Assembly (NCBI GenBank): GCA_013265495.1
Contig: MU058584.1
Span: 6,786,407 to 6,850,406, forward strand
Length of the DNA: 64,000 nt
Direction: 5' to 3'
Source of the DNA: Vicugna vicugna
Taxonomy: Eukaryota
Made by a program: the position numbers and the translations under genes
The notes under the pieces: model-generated
Told to the model about the DNA's origin: nothing
Databases searched by the model: none
The model's input: the letters and a program-made list of their open reading frames with translations, nothing else
Part shown: positions 23,401 to 36,600 of the stretch, piece after piece
Numbering within the stretch: the first letter of the stretch is position 1
Layout of the letters: each line of letters begins with the position of its first letter

Positions 23401-26400
23401 CAAACAGTGTCATCAGTAAATTGTCTGGATTCTGTCCTGAAGTGTTACTTTAAATAAAGTCTCCCTTTTTTCTGGGCATTACAAACCATTGTTCACTTCC
23501 CTTGATTTTTTTCCTAGTCTAGGTATAAATTTGATCTTTAATATCTAGTCCTCTCCTTGTGTTGATTATCATCTCTGTCAAGCTCCCTAAATTTACCCAA
23601 AGCTGCGAATTCCTCCACCCCCCCACCCATTCACCCAGCCATCCCACATGCCCACTAGCAGAGTCAACAAGCCTTGGGAGCAACAGAAAACTCATGCCCT
23701 ATTTCAAGATCACACTGCTTTCTGATGCAAATGTGGCAACTAATCTACCACTTAATTACTTGTCAATAATCAGGCCCGGCCACTCTGGCCTTTGATGTGA
23801 TTGTAATTTTTAGTATTATACTAAAAATGTATATTCTGGGGCCTGAAAACTTTGAGGTATAAGAGCCTTAATTCTAAATTTCTAGTGCTCAGCGCTTTTC
23901 ATTATGAACTAGCAACTCTACAAGGAGATCTACAGTTTGATCTTTTATCAGAGGGAAAATCATTTCAGGTAGAAACCATGTTAAATTTTTTAAGGAAAGA
24001 AATGTTTTCCTTTGAAGCCCCCTTTGGGGTTTTACTGGCTCTTTAAAATTGAAAATGCAATCTTTAAAACTATATTAAGGTTTACTTCATTATTTTTTAT
24101 TTTTTTAAGGATCATGCTTAGTTTTGGTCAAATAGTAGCTTAGCAACCATTGCACCCTGCACTTTGGTCTGTCACTAGTTGATGTACAACAAATCCAGTA
24201 CTTTAAAAAGATGAAATACGCCTCATTTTCACATGCCCATGGAACACTTTTAAAACTGATTTTTAACCAAAAAACCTCAATTTTTAAAAATAAATATGTA
24301 AATAAAATTAAATTCTTTATTAACAATACAATAAAACAGAAATTTATAACAAAATGAAGATGGAAAATAGACTGCCTCCAGGAAATTTTCAAGTTCTCTC
24401 TTAAAGATCTATTAATTTATGTTTTTCTACAAGTTTGAGCCCAGTCCAATAAAACAAGTGATTGACAATAAAAATGAGGAAAAAATGGAAAGGAGGAAAA
24501 AATTATCACTTGCTGACTATCTGATTTTATATCATGAAAATCTAAGGACATCAATTGGAAAATTGTTAACAGAGACTAAGATAATACAGTGAGATGGATG
24601 ATCACAAAATAACCAGACAAAAATCAATAGTTTTTATACGTGTTAGAGTTAGCAAACTGGCTTTTTTATAGTACAACTGGCCTGTTTTATTTGATCTCAA
24701 CATTTTAAAAATTTTTTGATCTAATACTTTAAAATCAGGATATTTCACATAAAAGTCTAGCAATCTGTCTTCTTTTGAAAAATCAGAAGATCAGGCAATA
24801 CTGGATCTCCCCTTACTCAAAGTATACCCCGACACTTTTAGACTGAATTTGAATTCTGTTACATCATTTTCATTTTTGGCCCATTTCTCATAACTTCCTC
24901 TGCAATTACAGAATTCATTTTGACTGGTGCTATGTACAAACAATAATCCCTTAGAATATTTGGAACAAAAGACCCACCTATTTACAAAATTTTCTATCTC
25001 CTCTTGTTCATATAATTTTCTCATTCTTTTTGTTTAAATTAACCTTCATGTTTATATTACTATAACCATGTAAATGCTGTTCATTGTAAACCACTTAGTG
25101 AACTCTGATTACATCTCCTTTCTTGAACAACTTTTTGTTTTCACTGGAGTTAACAGTTGCCTTGTGTCTTTGTTGGTTTAATTTTACAAATATTGTCTCT
25201 AATTCATCCCCTAAGCTGTCCCACAGAATTTTGATTCTCCTCTCAATATATTTAAACACATCAGGTGTTCACAAGCTTAATTCTTCTCATAAGCATCTCT
25301 CAAAGGATGTTCTTCTGGACTGTCTTCCTTCTCTTCTCTGGGCCAGTCACATTGATATTACCTTGGGTAACTCTGTCTTCCGGAAAATTTATCTTCCAAC
25401 TATTTTGTTTATTCTCACAATTTAGTAGAGTGCATCCTCCAGTAGAAATTATACATGTAAAGTAAAAGACTATAGACCTTGGACAACTTATAGTATCATT
25501 ATTTGATCCAGATCCCCATTTGATTATCTAGGCTTAGTTTTCAGCTTTCTTTGGTCTGTTAAGTCAACTGTCACTCATCCATCTATGCTCTATCTTCCAA
25601 AGTATTGTTGCTATTTCTTGTTTGCTTTTACCTTTTCCTCTTTTTTTCATTCTGGGTTCATACCTCTGATACCTTCACAGTAATTTTTGCAGAAGAAGAA
25701 TAAATGGATCTACATAACCTGTATGTTTAATCAGAGGTCTGGATTACCTAGTAATCAAAAATAAACAAATAAAGCTACTTTCACAAATAATCAAGGTTTG
25801 GTTCTTGACCACTTGCCCCTCCAAAAAATTATATTTGAAAATGTAATTATTGATTCTAGAATAGTTATTCTTTTATGAACTTCTTCTAGATGAAATTCAA
25901 AGAATCAGTCTATAAACACAGGCTCTGAGATACACTGTAACACAAAGGAGGAACAGTGTGATGTCTATAATGTATTTTTTTTTCTAAGATACAAGCAAGT
26001 CACAAATGATGTGTCTAATTGATACTACAACTCCTTTCTCAGTAATCATGACTTTTTGGGAGCCTAAGAAAAATTAAAGACCAATCAGCTCAGCATTACT
26101 AGGGAGATTTATTACCCTGGAGCAGCCAAAGTTGCAAAAGCACCTCAAACTTGCCTCAAAGATTTGCATCAATTTTATTATATGAAATTTCTCCCTTGTC
26201 ATTACATTACACAATTTTCCCCAACTTTGGCTTGCTCCAGAACCTTACCTTTGGCCTTGTATTAGTTTTCTATTGCTGCATAGCAAATTGCCACAAACTT
26301 AGCAGCTCAAAACAACATTTAGTTATTATTACTCTCAGTTACACAGGTCAGATGTACAGTGTAGTCCAGCTAAGTTCTTTGCTTAGGGTTTCACAAGGCC

Positions 26401-29400
26401 AAAAATAAAGTGTTGGCTGGACAGGGCTTTTATCTGGAGGCACTAGGGAAGACTCTGCACCCAAGTTCATGCAAGGTGGTAGCTGAATTCAGTTCCTTGC
26501 TGTTGTAAGATTAAGGTCTTCACTTCCTGCTGGCTGTAAACTAAAATTCCTCTCAGTGCCTAAAGGTTGCCAGTATTCCTGGGTAAATGGCTCCCGCCAT
26601 CATCAAAGCCAGGAAGTACAAGCTGAGTCCTCACGCTTTGAACCTCTGCCTTCTGCTACCAGCCAGAAAAAAAACTTCCCGCTTGTAAAGGGATCATACG
26701 ATTAGACAAAGCCCATGTAACAACATAGTCATGGGACGAGGATATTTACAGGTTTCACCCATACTCAGAGGGGAAAAGGACTATACAAGGATGAGGTGAA
26801 AATTCTGTCCACCAAATGCCTCGTGTCTTAAGTTGAGGGAAAATCATGAAAATTGTTGAGTGAAGCAGGCCAGCCAACCCTAAAATTCTCACTCTGTCCA
26901 AGGAGAGCCTCTCCCATTTTCTCCTATGAGTTCTTGATGTTTTGCAATGTTTTATCCATAAGTGATACTGGACTGCTAAGGGCTAAGGGCTCAGGTCACT
27001 CTTTTATGTTTAGCATAAATAGGACAACAGACAAACAACCAGAATTACATAGAGAGCATTCTGAGACACAAGGAGTAATCCCCTGTTGGCGCAGCTTAAT
27101 CTCCAGATCTCTTATGGATCACTGCTCATTCTTTCAGATCCCCTCCCTGACCCTTAGCTCTTTCCAAAGTTGTATCTGGGCTTGCGGAGAAAAAGAGCCT
27201 TTGCGACCTTATGGTGGAGGAAAGCCAAAGTTTCCAAAATTCAAACGCAGGCCCAGGAACTGTCCCCTGGCCCCTGTGGTTCCTGTTCTATTTGGTTACC
27301 ATTTGTGCTCATCCTTAAGGAATCTTAAACTAAGGACAGCAGTTGATGAACCTGGAGAATGTCCTCTCTTAATGTAATCAGGAACCAGTGAATCTCCTTG
27401 CTGAATAGACCCCACCTGCCAGGTCCAGTTTGCCCACTGAGTCCCTGACACAAGTGGTCTACTCCACGCCATAGCTCTCTTAAAATGCCACTTAGCCCCG
27501 GCCATGGCAACTCTCTGGTAAACTATCAAGATTGTCAGGTTAATAATTTCTTCATCCCCATTCAGAGTAAGCGGGAAATCTTATGTTTTGTTCAAATTGA
27601 ATGGGTTAAAAAGAGCTAAACTAAGGTCCTACCTCTTTCTAATCATGCCATTTCTTCCCAATAACTGCTACTTGACTCTCCTGTGTGGACCTCCCCTCTA
27701 TCCAGGTTGGTTCAGGGGGAGACTTTCAAATGATATCTTACCAGAATTTCAAATGTGAAAACAAAAGTCCTTCTGCCCTCAGTGTTTCCCTCAATCTATC
27801 TAATAGGTTATGTTAATCTCAAAAATTCAGCCCAAAGAACAGTGCTTAGGACTTAGGTGATTCACCGCCATCCCCTTGCGTGCCTCTATTCCTCTTTCTC
27901 CTTATCCAATTCCTTTAAACCAGTGTTTTTAAACTGGAGACTATGACCTATTAGTGTGCTATGATATAAATTAATGAATCATTCTGAATGCTTAAATGGA
28001 ATAGATAGAAAGTATGTATGCAACTCAAGCTATTGAAAATGACTTGTTTCATAAAACTTTTGTTTCCTCTGTGTGTGTGTGTGCACGTGCGCACAGGCAC
28101 ATCTATGTACTAGGTTGCAATGTAAAATGTATTACTAACTACGGAGTATGGTCAAAAACATTTGAAAAACACTATTCTAAATATAGCCAATGTTCCCTCT
28201 GCCCCTATAGATACATAAGAATATATTATCTAATCCACCAGAACTACCTCATGATATGCTAAAGAAAAATTTTTCCATTATGGTAAATACACCACAATAA
28301 AGATTTACTCTTTAACCATTTTAAAGCGTTCAATTCCATGGCATTAAGTTTATTACCATTACTGTACAATCATACCACTATCCATTTCCAGAACGTTTTT
28401 AATCTTCCCAAAGTAAAACACAGCAGAAATTAAACAATAACTCTCAATTCCTCCCTCTCCCTGGCCCCAGGCAACCACCATTCTTTCAGTCTCTATGAAC
28501 ACGATGACTCTGGTATCTCAGATAAGTGGAATCACACAGTGTTTGTCTTTTTGTGATTGGATTATTTCATTTAGCAGATGTCCTCAAAGTTAATGCATAC
28601 TGCAGTGTGTATCAGAATTTCCTCTTTTTAAGGCTGAATAATACTCCATTGTATGTCTATGCCACATTTCGTTTGTCCATGCTCATGAGTTAACACATTG
28701 AAATCATGCACAGGTAAACTTTGGAAAATATCTATTATTGTATTTAATGGCTCAAAGGACTAAAATTATTCCAGTTACATATTCTTAAAAGAACATGATG
28801 AAATTCAGAATTTGTTTCCCTTAGAAAAGATGTTAAGAAAGATATATTCTTCTATATTCTAAGTTCCTTTGATTAGCATCAAATTGTTTAAGTGAAGTTA
28901 ATTTATGCCTCATCTTACCGAATTTATTTGTGGGTAAAGGCTGACTCAAAATGAGTGATGATTATTTGGAACTGGCTCTGACCGTGGTAAGTACACTCGT
29001 TTACAAACTCTCTTTCATTTAAAAATGATACTTTCACAGGACCATCCAGAGGAAGGCAGGGCCAGCATTTACCGGTCAGTCTTTACCAACTCTTCCAAAG
29101 AGATGACGTGTTTTCCAGACTTCCCATGTCCTGATGACTACCCCAACTTTATGCACAACAGCAAACTCCAGGAATATATCACTATGTTTGCCAAAGAAAA
29201 GAACCTCCTGAGATACATACAATTTAAGGTAAGATATTATCAAAAATTAGTTTGGGGCATAGCTGTGAGGAACTCTGTATTTATTACTAGATTCCCATTT
29301 ATTCCTTTCAGTATCTCTTTCTTATTTGTCAACATTTTTAACAATGTGGCCTCTCTGACTCTAGGTTTAGAGAATACACAGTCTTCTTAAGAATATGTAG

Positions 29401-30586
29401 GAAATTTACAAAACTTAACCACATACAGTTCGTAGACCAAAATGCCATAAACTTAGAAGTCAATATCAAAGAGATAAATGTAAAATAGCCATGAACTTAT
29501 AAATTAAAAACTATTTTTTTCCTAAACAACTTATGGGTCAAAAAGAAATTTCACTGTAAATTTAAAAATATTTGGAATGAAATGATATTTAAATTCTATA
29601 TACCAATATTTGTGGGAAGCAATAAAATGGAAAGACAGCCTACGGACTGGGAGAAAATACTTGTAAACAATACAACTGACAAGGGTTTAATTTCCAAAAT
29701 ATACAAACCGTTTATAGAGCCCAATATCAAAAACACAAACAACCCAATCACAAAATGGGCAGAAGACCTAAACAGACATTTCTTGAAAGCAGATAGCCAG
29801 ATGGCCAACAGGCACTTGAAAAGATGTTCAACATCACAAATCATTAGAGAAATGCAAATCAAAATTACAGTGAAGTATCACCCCACACCAGTCAGAATGC
29901 CCATCATCAAAATGTCTACAAATAAGAAATGCTGGAGAGGGTATAGAGAAAAGGAATCCCCCTACACTGTTGGTGGGATGTAAATTGATGTAGCTATTAT
30001 GGAAGACTGTATGGAGATTCCTTAGAAAACTGAAAATAGACTTACCGTATGATCCAGCAATCTCAATCCTGAGCATTTATCTGGAAAAGACAAAAACTCT
30101 TAATTTGAAAAGATACATACACCCGAATGTTCATAGAAGCCCTATTTACAATAGCCAAGACTTGGAAGCAACCTGTGTTCATCAACAGATGATTGGATAA
30201 AGAAGTTGTGATTATATATACACAATGGAATATTACTAAGCCATAAAAAAGAATGAAACATTGCCATTTGTAGCAACATAGATAGACCTAGAGATTATCA
30301 TGCCAAATGAAGTCAGACAGAGAAAGACAAATATATGATATCCCTTATAAATGGAATATAAAAAATGATGTGAATAAACTTATTTACAAAACAGAAACAG
30401 ACACAGAAGACAAACGTATGGTTGCCAAAGAGAAAAGGGGGGAGGGACAAATTAAGACTTGGGGATTAACAGATAAACACTACTACATATAAAATAGATA
30501 AACAACAAGAACCTACTATATAGCACAGGGAACTACATTCAATATCTTGTAATAACCTATAATGGAAAACAATCTGAAAAACAATA

Positions 30587-30630
<44 letters not shown>

Positions 30631-33600
30631 CACATATACACGTATAACTGACCAACTTGCTGTACGTCTGAAACTAATACAACCTTGTAAATTAACTATA
30701 TTTCAATAAAAATAATAAAATAAATATTTGTGGGAAGCAGTTAGAGCAAAACTCTCATGAAAATTGTACATTAAATGTTTTATATTAGGAAATAAGAAAG
30801 GTTTCTCAGGTAATCCTTACGCACACTAAATTTGGGAAGAACTTATACTCTGAATATAGACAATATCTTTCATTTTAAGACAAAAAACATTTAAAATGAC
30901 TTAGGAAATACATTAGGAGATAGTTGTTACTATAAAAATGATTATTGTGGTAACTGCCTCTTGTAAACTATGATTCAGCTCACTGTCACATCGCTAAACG
31001 GAGTCACTCTTGTACTGCAGAAAATACTGGTTATGCACAAGAAACCATGTGGGGATGAAAACATATATACCATTTCATATTTTGATTTATTCTGAAGGAC
31101 TTCTGAATTTGTAATACATACCTTAATAATGAATTAAGTATTTTTCCTAAGTCACTAATTAAGGATTTTTTTCATACTATTTGGGTAAGTTGGTGCTATA
31201 TCTACCTGTTAGCATAGAAAAAAGAAGGCTATCTTTCTGTGTTTCTCTTAGACTACTGTATCCAGTGTAAACAAACGTCCTGATTTCTCAACCACCGGCC
31301 AATGGGATGTTACCACTGAAAAGGATGGTAAAACAGAATCAGCTATCTTTGATGCTGTACTGATTTGTTCTGGACACCATGTGTACCCCAACCTACCAAA
31401 AGAGTCCTTTCCAGGTAAGGCCAAAATTTAGGCTGCCATCTACACATGTGGAATGAATGAATAACCTTGATAATGTCTTTTTTATATCTATAAAAGTGCA
31501 GTACATAGAAGTACGCATTAAATTAAAATATGCTTCTATTGTATCTGATATACTTAGAGTGTTAAAATTCCTTGTTACTGTGACTATATTCACCCACAAG
31601 ATCTGTTACAGCAATTTTTAAAATAGAAATCAAAATGATTCACATGTTTCCCACTTTTCACTCAGGAATAAACCTTTTTAAAGGCAAATGTTTCCATAGC
31701 CGAGACTATAAAGAACCAGGAATATTCAAGGGGAAGCGAGTCCTGGTGATTGGCCTGGGGAATTCGGGCTGTGATATTGCCACAGAACTCAGCCACATAG
31801 CTGGAAAGGTATGCCTCCCAGAGAACTATCTTTAAAAGGATAGAAACACTTACCATCTGAAAGGGGTGATATGAAACAGGGGGAGGAGCAGGGTACTTGA
31901 TGCAAAGTCAAAGTAGTATTTCATGTAGCTCAACTTCCCTTGGTAACGGGTGAGATTTTTAAAGAGCTTGATCTGGCAAAGGCAGAACATCAGCAAGGAG
32001 TAATGTCGTCATTCAACAGTCTTTTTCTTTGGGACATTTGGAGTCTAACATGTGTCCAATAAATTCCTCCAAAATTAGTGTGGATATACGGTTACTGTGG
32101 ATATAGGGTTAAGGTTATGACTCTGACACTCTTGGGTAAATCCTTGAGTCTCTCTGAATATCAGTTTTCTCACTGATAAAGTAAATAAAATAGAACCTAC
32201 TTTTTGTTCTTGGTAAGGAGTTAAAGCATTTGAACATTGACTTCAGCAATATAGGGTCCTACATTCATTCATTCATGCATACAGTCATCCCATGGTTATT
32301 TGTTAAGAGCCTACTATGTGCCAGGCACTACCTTGAGTGCTGGAGAAAGAGTGAACAAAACAGGCATAATGCCTGTTTTGGAACTCAGAGTCCAGTGTAG
32401 AAAACAGATATTAGATGAGCAAATGCACAAGTGTCTAATTTTTCACTGGGAAAGGTGCTAGTAAAGGGAAAAAGAGCACGCTGTGGGAAGGGATAACAGT
32501 GGCACCTATGAAGACTGGAAAGTGGGAAGGCCCTTTTGAGCTGATGACATTTAAGCTGAGGGCTGAAGTTGAAAAAGAGGTTCAGTGGCAGACGAGGACC
32601 CCAGGAAGATGGTCTTGAAACAGAAAGAAGCTTAGAGTGAAGACACTGAGAGAAAGCCCCTTCGCTGCAACTCAGTAGGTCTGGAAAAGAATAGTGTGAT
32701 GAGAGGTTGGGAAAAAGATGGAGAAGAGGTGATACCACAGCCTTCAGAGCATGTTAAGGAATTTGAACAAATGTCACCTACTAGCTTTGGAAGATCCTTG
32801 AGAGATTGACTGCTCAGAAGCCCAAAGACAGAAATCCTATCTCCAGATGTCTTGCCCACCAATTTCACACTGGGCATCCCCAATATAGGTCCATTTTACA
32901 TCATGATATTATAATCAATGAGATCATGATAGGACAAGTGGCATAAAAATATATTTCTATTTATCAGTTCAAAGCACCATACTAGACAACATGGAGTTAA
33001 CTAAATGGCCCCTCTTCTCCAGGAATTTTAAACCTGTTTGGGAAAACAATACATTAATATGACATAAATTGAACATAACCTCAAGAGCTAAGTAGAAAGC
33101 ACAACAACAGTATAAGAGCCGCCACTGGAATAAAGGATAAATGAGTGATTCAGGATCTAAAGGCTATGATCATTACAGGACCGAAGGGCCCAACGTGGGG
33201 GGAGGCCTGAACAGTCTAGAAGGATGTATGTACATCGTATGGTTGGAGAGGTGGCCAAAGGTGTTCTTGGAAGGGAAAATAATATGAGAAAAGGTGCATG
33301 AGAGACAGGAGTGAGCACTGAGTACTTGACTGCTGTGGCTTCATCTTGCTAAAGTGGAGGTTCTTAATAACAACCTGTATAAGGCATTATGGTGCTCAAG
33401 AACCTGTAAAGCAATATGTGCTCTGGTTGGGGGAGAAGATAGTCTGAATGGTATTATATGTACTTTACAGAAAAGGTAACTGAGGACAAGAAGTTTCAGT
33501 TGTCTTCTTGAAAGTCATCAGAGGAAAGCAATGTTGAGCCACAGAAGTGTTTGAGGATCAAATGCCAGATCTGATTCCAAGGAACAGGGCAGTGACAGGA

Positions 33601-36600
33601 ATTGAGACAGGAAAGAAAGATCGAAGTCAGGTTATGTCATACGCTTTATTTAAGGAATCGAATGACAGGTTAACAAATTTGGATTTCTCCATAAATAATG
33701 ATAAATTATTTCCCCCTCTTCAGCTAAGGAAAGATATGATGAAACTATAGATTTCAGGGTTTCATTCATTAGCTGTACAAATGATAAATTAGAGAGAAGA
33801 AAGACCAATTTCAGAGGCTCTCAATTCAGTGATGCCTCAGTCTCTTCTTATTTGCTTAGCTTACCTTATAAGAAATACCTTGAAATAGCATTATACATAA
33901 AAATTCTGGAAAATAAAAGTCCTGAAAAACTACACTGTTAGGGATTAACAGGACAGCAAAGGGGGAAAAAAAGTACATATTCCGTGCGAGGCACTATTAA
34001 TCATACTGCGCAGATTTGATGTGGCGGGCATGAATTTCCATTTTATGAATAAGGAAACTGAGTATTAGAGAAGTTAAATGAATTTGCCCCAAATCGTATT
34101 ATTAATAAGTAGCAGAGTTTTTCTGATTCCAGATCTCTTGCCTTCTTTGGGGTGGTGGGAGGCATTCTAGGTCAGAACGCCTCTGTGGAGATCACAATTG
34201 CTTGTTCGTAGACAACGATTATCAGATGACCACTGGCAGAAATATGACTAGAATTCAGGTTAGAGGAGATTTGATTAAAACATGAAAATTTCCCTGGAAC
34301 AACCTGACAGGGTGTTGATCCTAAGATGTAGATCGTTGGGGTGTGTTCTCCCCTCTGAGGGAAGGGAAGGGAAGGAAGTTTCCCTTCACTTACTCTGAAG
34401 CTAGGATAGTCCTTTCAAATTGTCCCAAGTAGAAATGAGAGGCTGGGCCTTTATATCCCTGCATTATCCACCACTGAATGCAGGGAATCAGAAAGTGTAT
34501 AAGATGTTGGGTGAGGCCCCCTCTTCAAACAATGCAACTCCCAAAGATGGCTGACAGCTGAGGGCTGCCCTCTGGCCACACCCCCAGCAGCCAGTATAAC
34601 AACTCCATTCTTAAGGCAGAATTGGTGGGCATGTCACAACAACCACTGTGAATGGTCACCACTCTAATGGTTGAATCGGTGTTTCTTAAGGTCATCATCA
34701 GCTCCAGAAGTGGCTCCTGGGTGATGAGCCGGGTCTGGGATGATGGCTATCCATGGGACATGATGTCAGTCACTCGATTTGAAATCTTCCTCAAGAATGC
34801 CTTACCAAAAGCCATCTCTGACTGGTGGTACACGAAGCAAATGAACGCAAGATTCAAGCACGAGAACTATGGCTTGATGCCTTTACATGGGTAAGGCACA
34901 ATTAAATATAATATGCCTGCTAACTTTTATTTCAGTGTCAACAACCCTAATGTGTGTTGTAACCCCCATGTAAGTCAAAGTGAAGTAATCACATCTCACA
35001 TTTCAGAGGATAAAGAATTGCAAAAATGGGGAGTGTTTGCCTATTTCATAATCCTCCTTACCAGATTTGCACAGCTGGAAAGTTATGTAATACCCCGGGA
35101 GTCCCAGAGTGACAATAATAAAATCAGTTAGTGGGTTTTAGGCACTTAATGTCAGAGGCTTGCTAAGCCCTAACATGCATTATCTCATTTTATACTCACG
35201 ACGACTATGGGGATGACTCTATTGTAATCTTCATTTTAGAGATGAGAAAACTGAGGCTCGATGTGGTTAACAACTTTATCAAAGTCACACAGAGAAGTTA
35301 GAAAGCAGTATTCAAAACAAGTTCAGGTCTGCTGACTCCAGCACCCCCACTCTTAACCACTTTGCTCTGCTGCCTCTTTCTTTGGTGGCAACGTTAAGTA
35401 AAGCAAAGCATGACTTGCCCTGTGCTACCCTCTCATCACCTGCCCCTTAATGCAGCCCTCCCACTGAACCATGGCCACAATACTGGCATCTTCAGTCTCC
35501 TCACTGTCTCCTATAACATCCCCAAGCTCGTCACACGATGGGAAATTACTTACGACATGGGGTAAAAAACCCAAGTTACATCAAAGTTAACTCATTCACT
35601 TAACAAATATTTATTAAGCGTGTATTATGTGCCCGGTCCTGTGTTAAACCCTGTGGATACAGCACTGAACAGAGAACATAAAATCCCTGTCTTTGCGGAG
35701 CTTAGACTCTAGCAGTGGGAAACAGACAGTAAACAATAGCAGAAAACCATGCGGTGATATGTACCAAGGAGAAAAAAACAAAGCAGGCCAGGATAGCAGG
35801 AAGCGCCATCAGGAAAATTTTAAATAGAGTCCTTGAGGAAGGTCTCACTGGGAAGACTTTTCAGCAAATTGCCAAAGGAGGTGAGAAAATGAGCCATGAG
35901 GACATCTGGGGAAGAAGTATCCCAGACAGCAGGACCAGCAAGGACAGCACCTCTTCAGGGGTGTGACCAGTTTGTTCAGCAAAGTACAGTGAGCGTCCCT
36001 TCCTGGAGAGGAGGGTTGGGGAGAATAGAAGGAAATGACACCAGAGACATTAAAAGAGACAGCTGGTGTTGGGTCTTCTGGCTTTTGCCCTGAACCCAGT
36101 GGGAAGCCATAGCAGGCATCCGAACAAACTAGGGACAAGAACTAAGTTAGACTGAAGAGGCCACTTTGGCCGCTGTGGTCATCATTTGGTATACGGGGTA
36201 GGTCAAGGAAGGAAGTGGAAAGACTAGCTAAGAGGATACTGTCAAAAACCCAGATGACAGGAGACAATGGCTTGAACTAGGGTCGTCAGCAGCAAGTGCT
36301 CAAGTGTGGTCAGATTTTGGATATAGTTTGAAGGTAAACTCAAACAGAATTTTTCGTTAGATTGAATGAAAGATGTGCGAGCAATGAAGGGATCAAGAAT
36401 GTCTTCAAGACTTTCGATCTGAGCAAGGGGACAAGGATGAAGGTGGCATCTACTGAGATGTGGAAGACCATGAGAGAAGCGGAAGTTTAAACACATCAAA
36501 GTTGATATGCCTATGAGACATTTGCATAGAAGAATGCTGAGGAGTCGTGGGATACACGAGACAGAAGAGATTCAGACCCTAAGGTCAAAATGTGGACTGG

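Noticed and set aside
26853..27377. Longest ORF in the track (174 aa), inside an FMO3 intron
   Set aside because: Non-ATG start, no recognisable domain and no exon structure. Consistent with a chance ORF.
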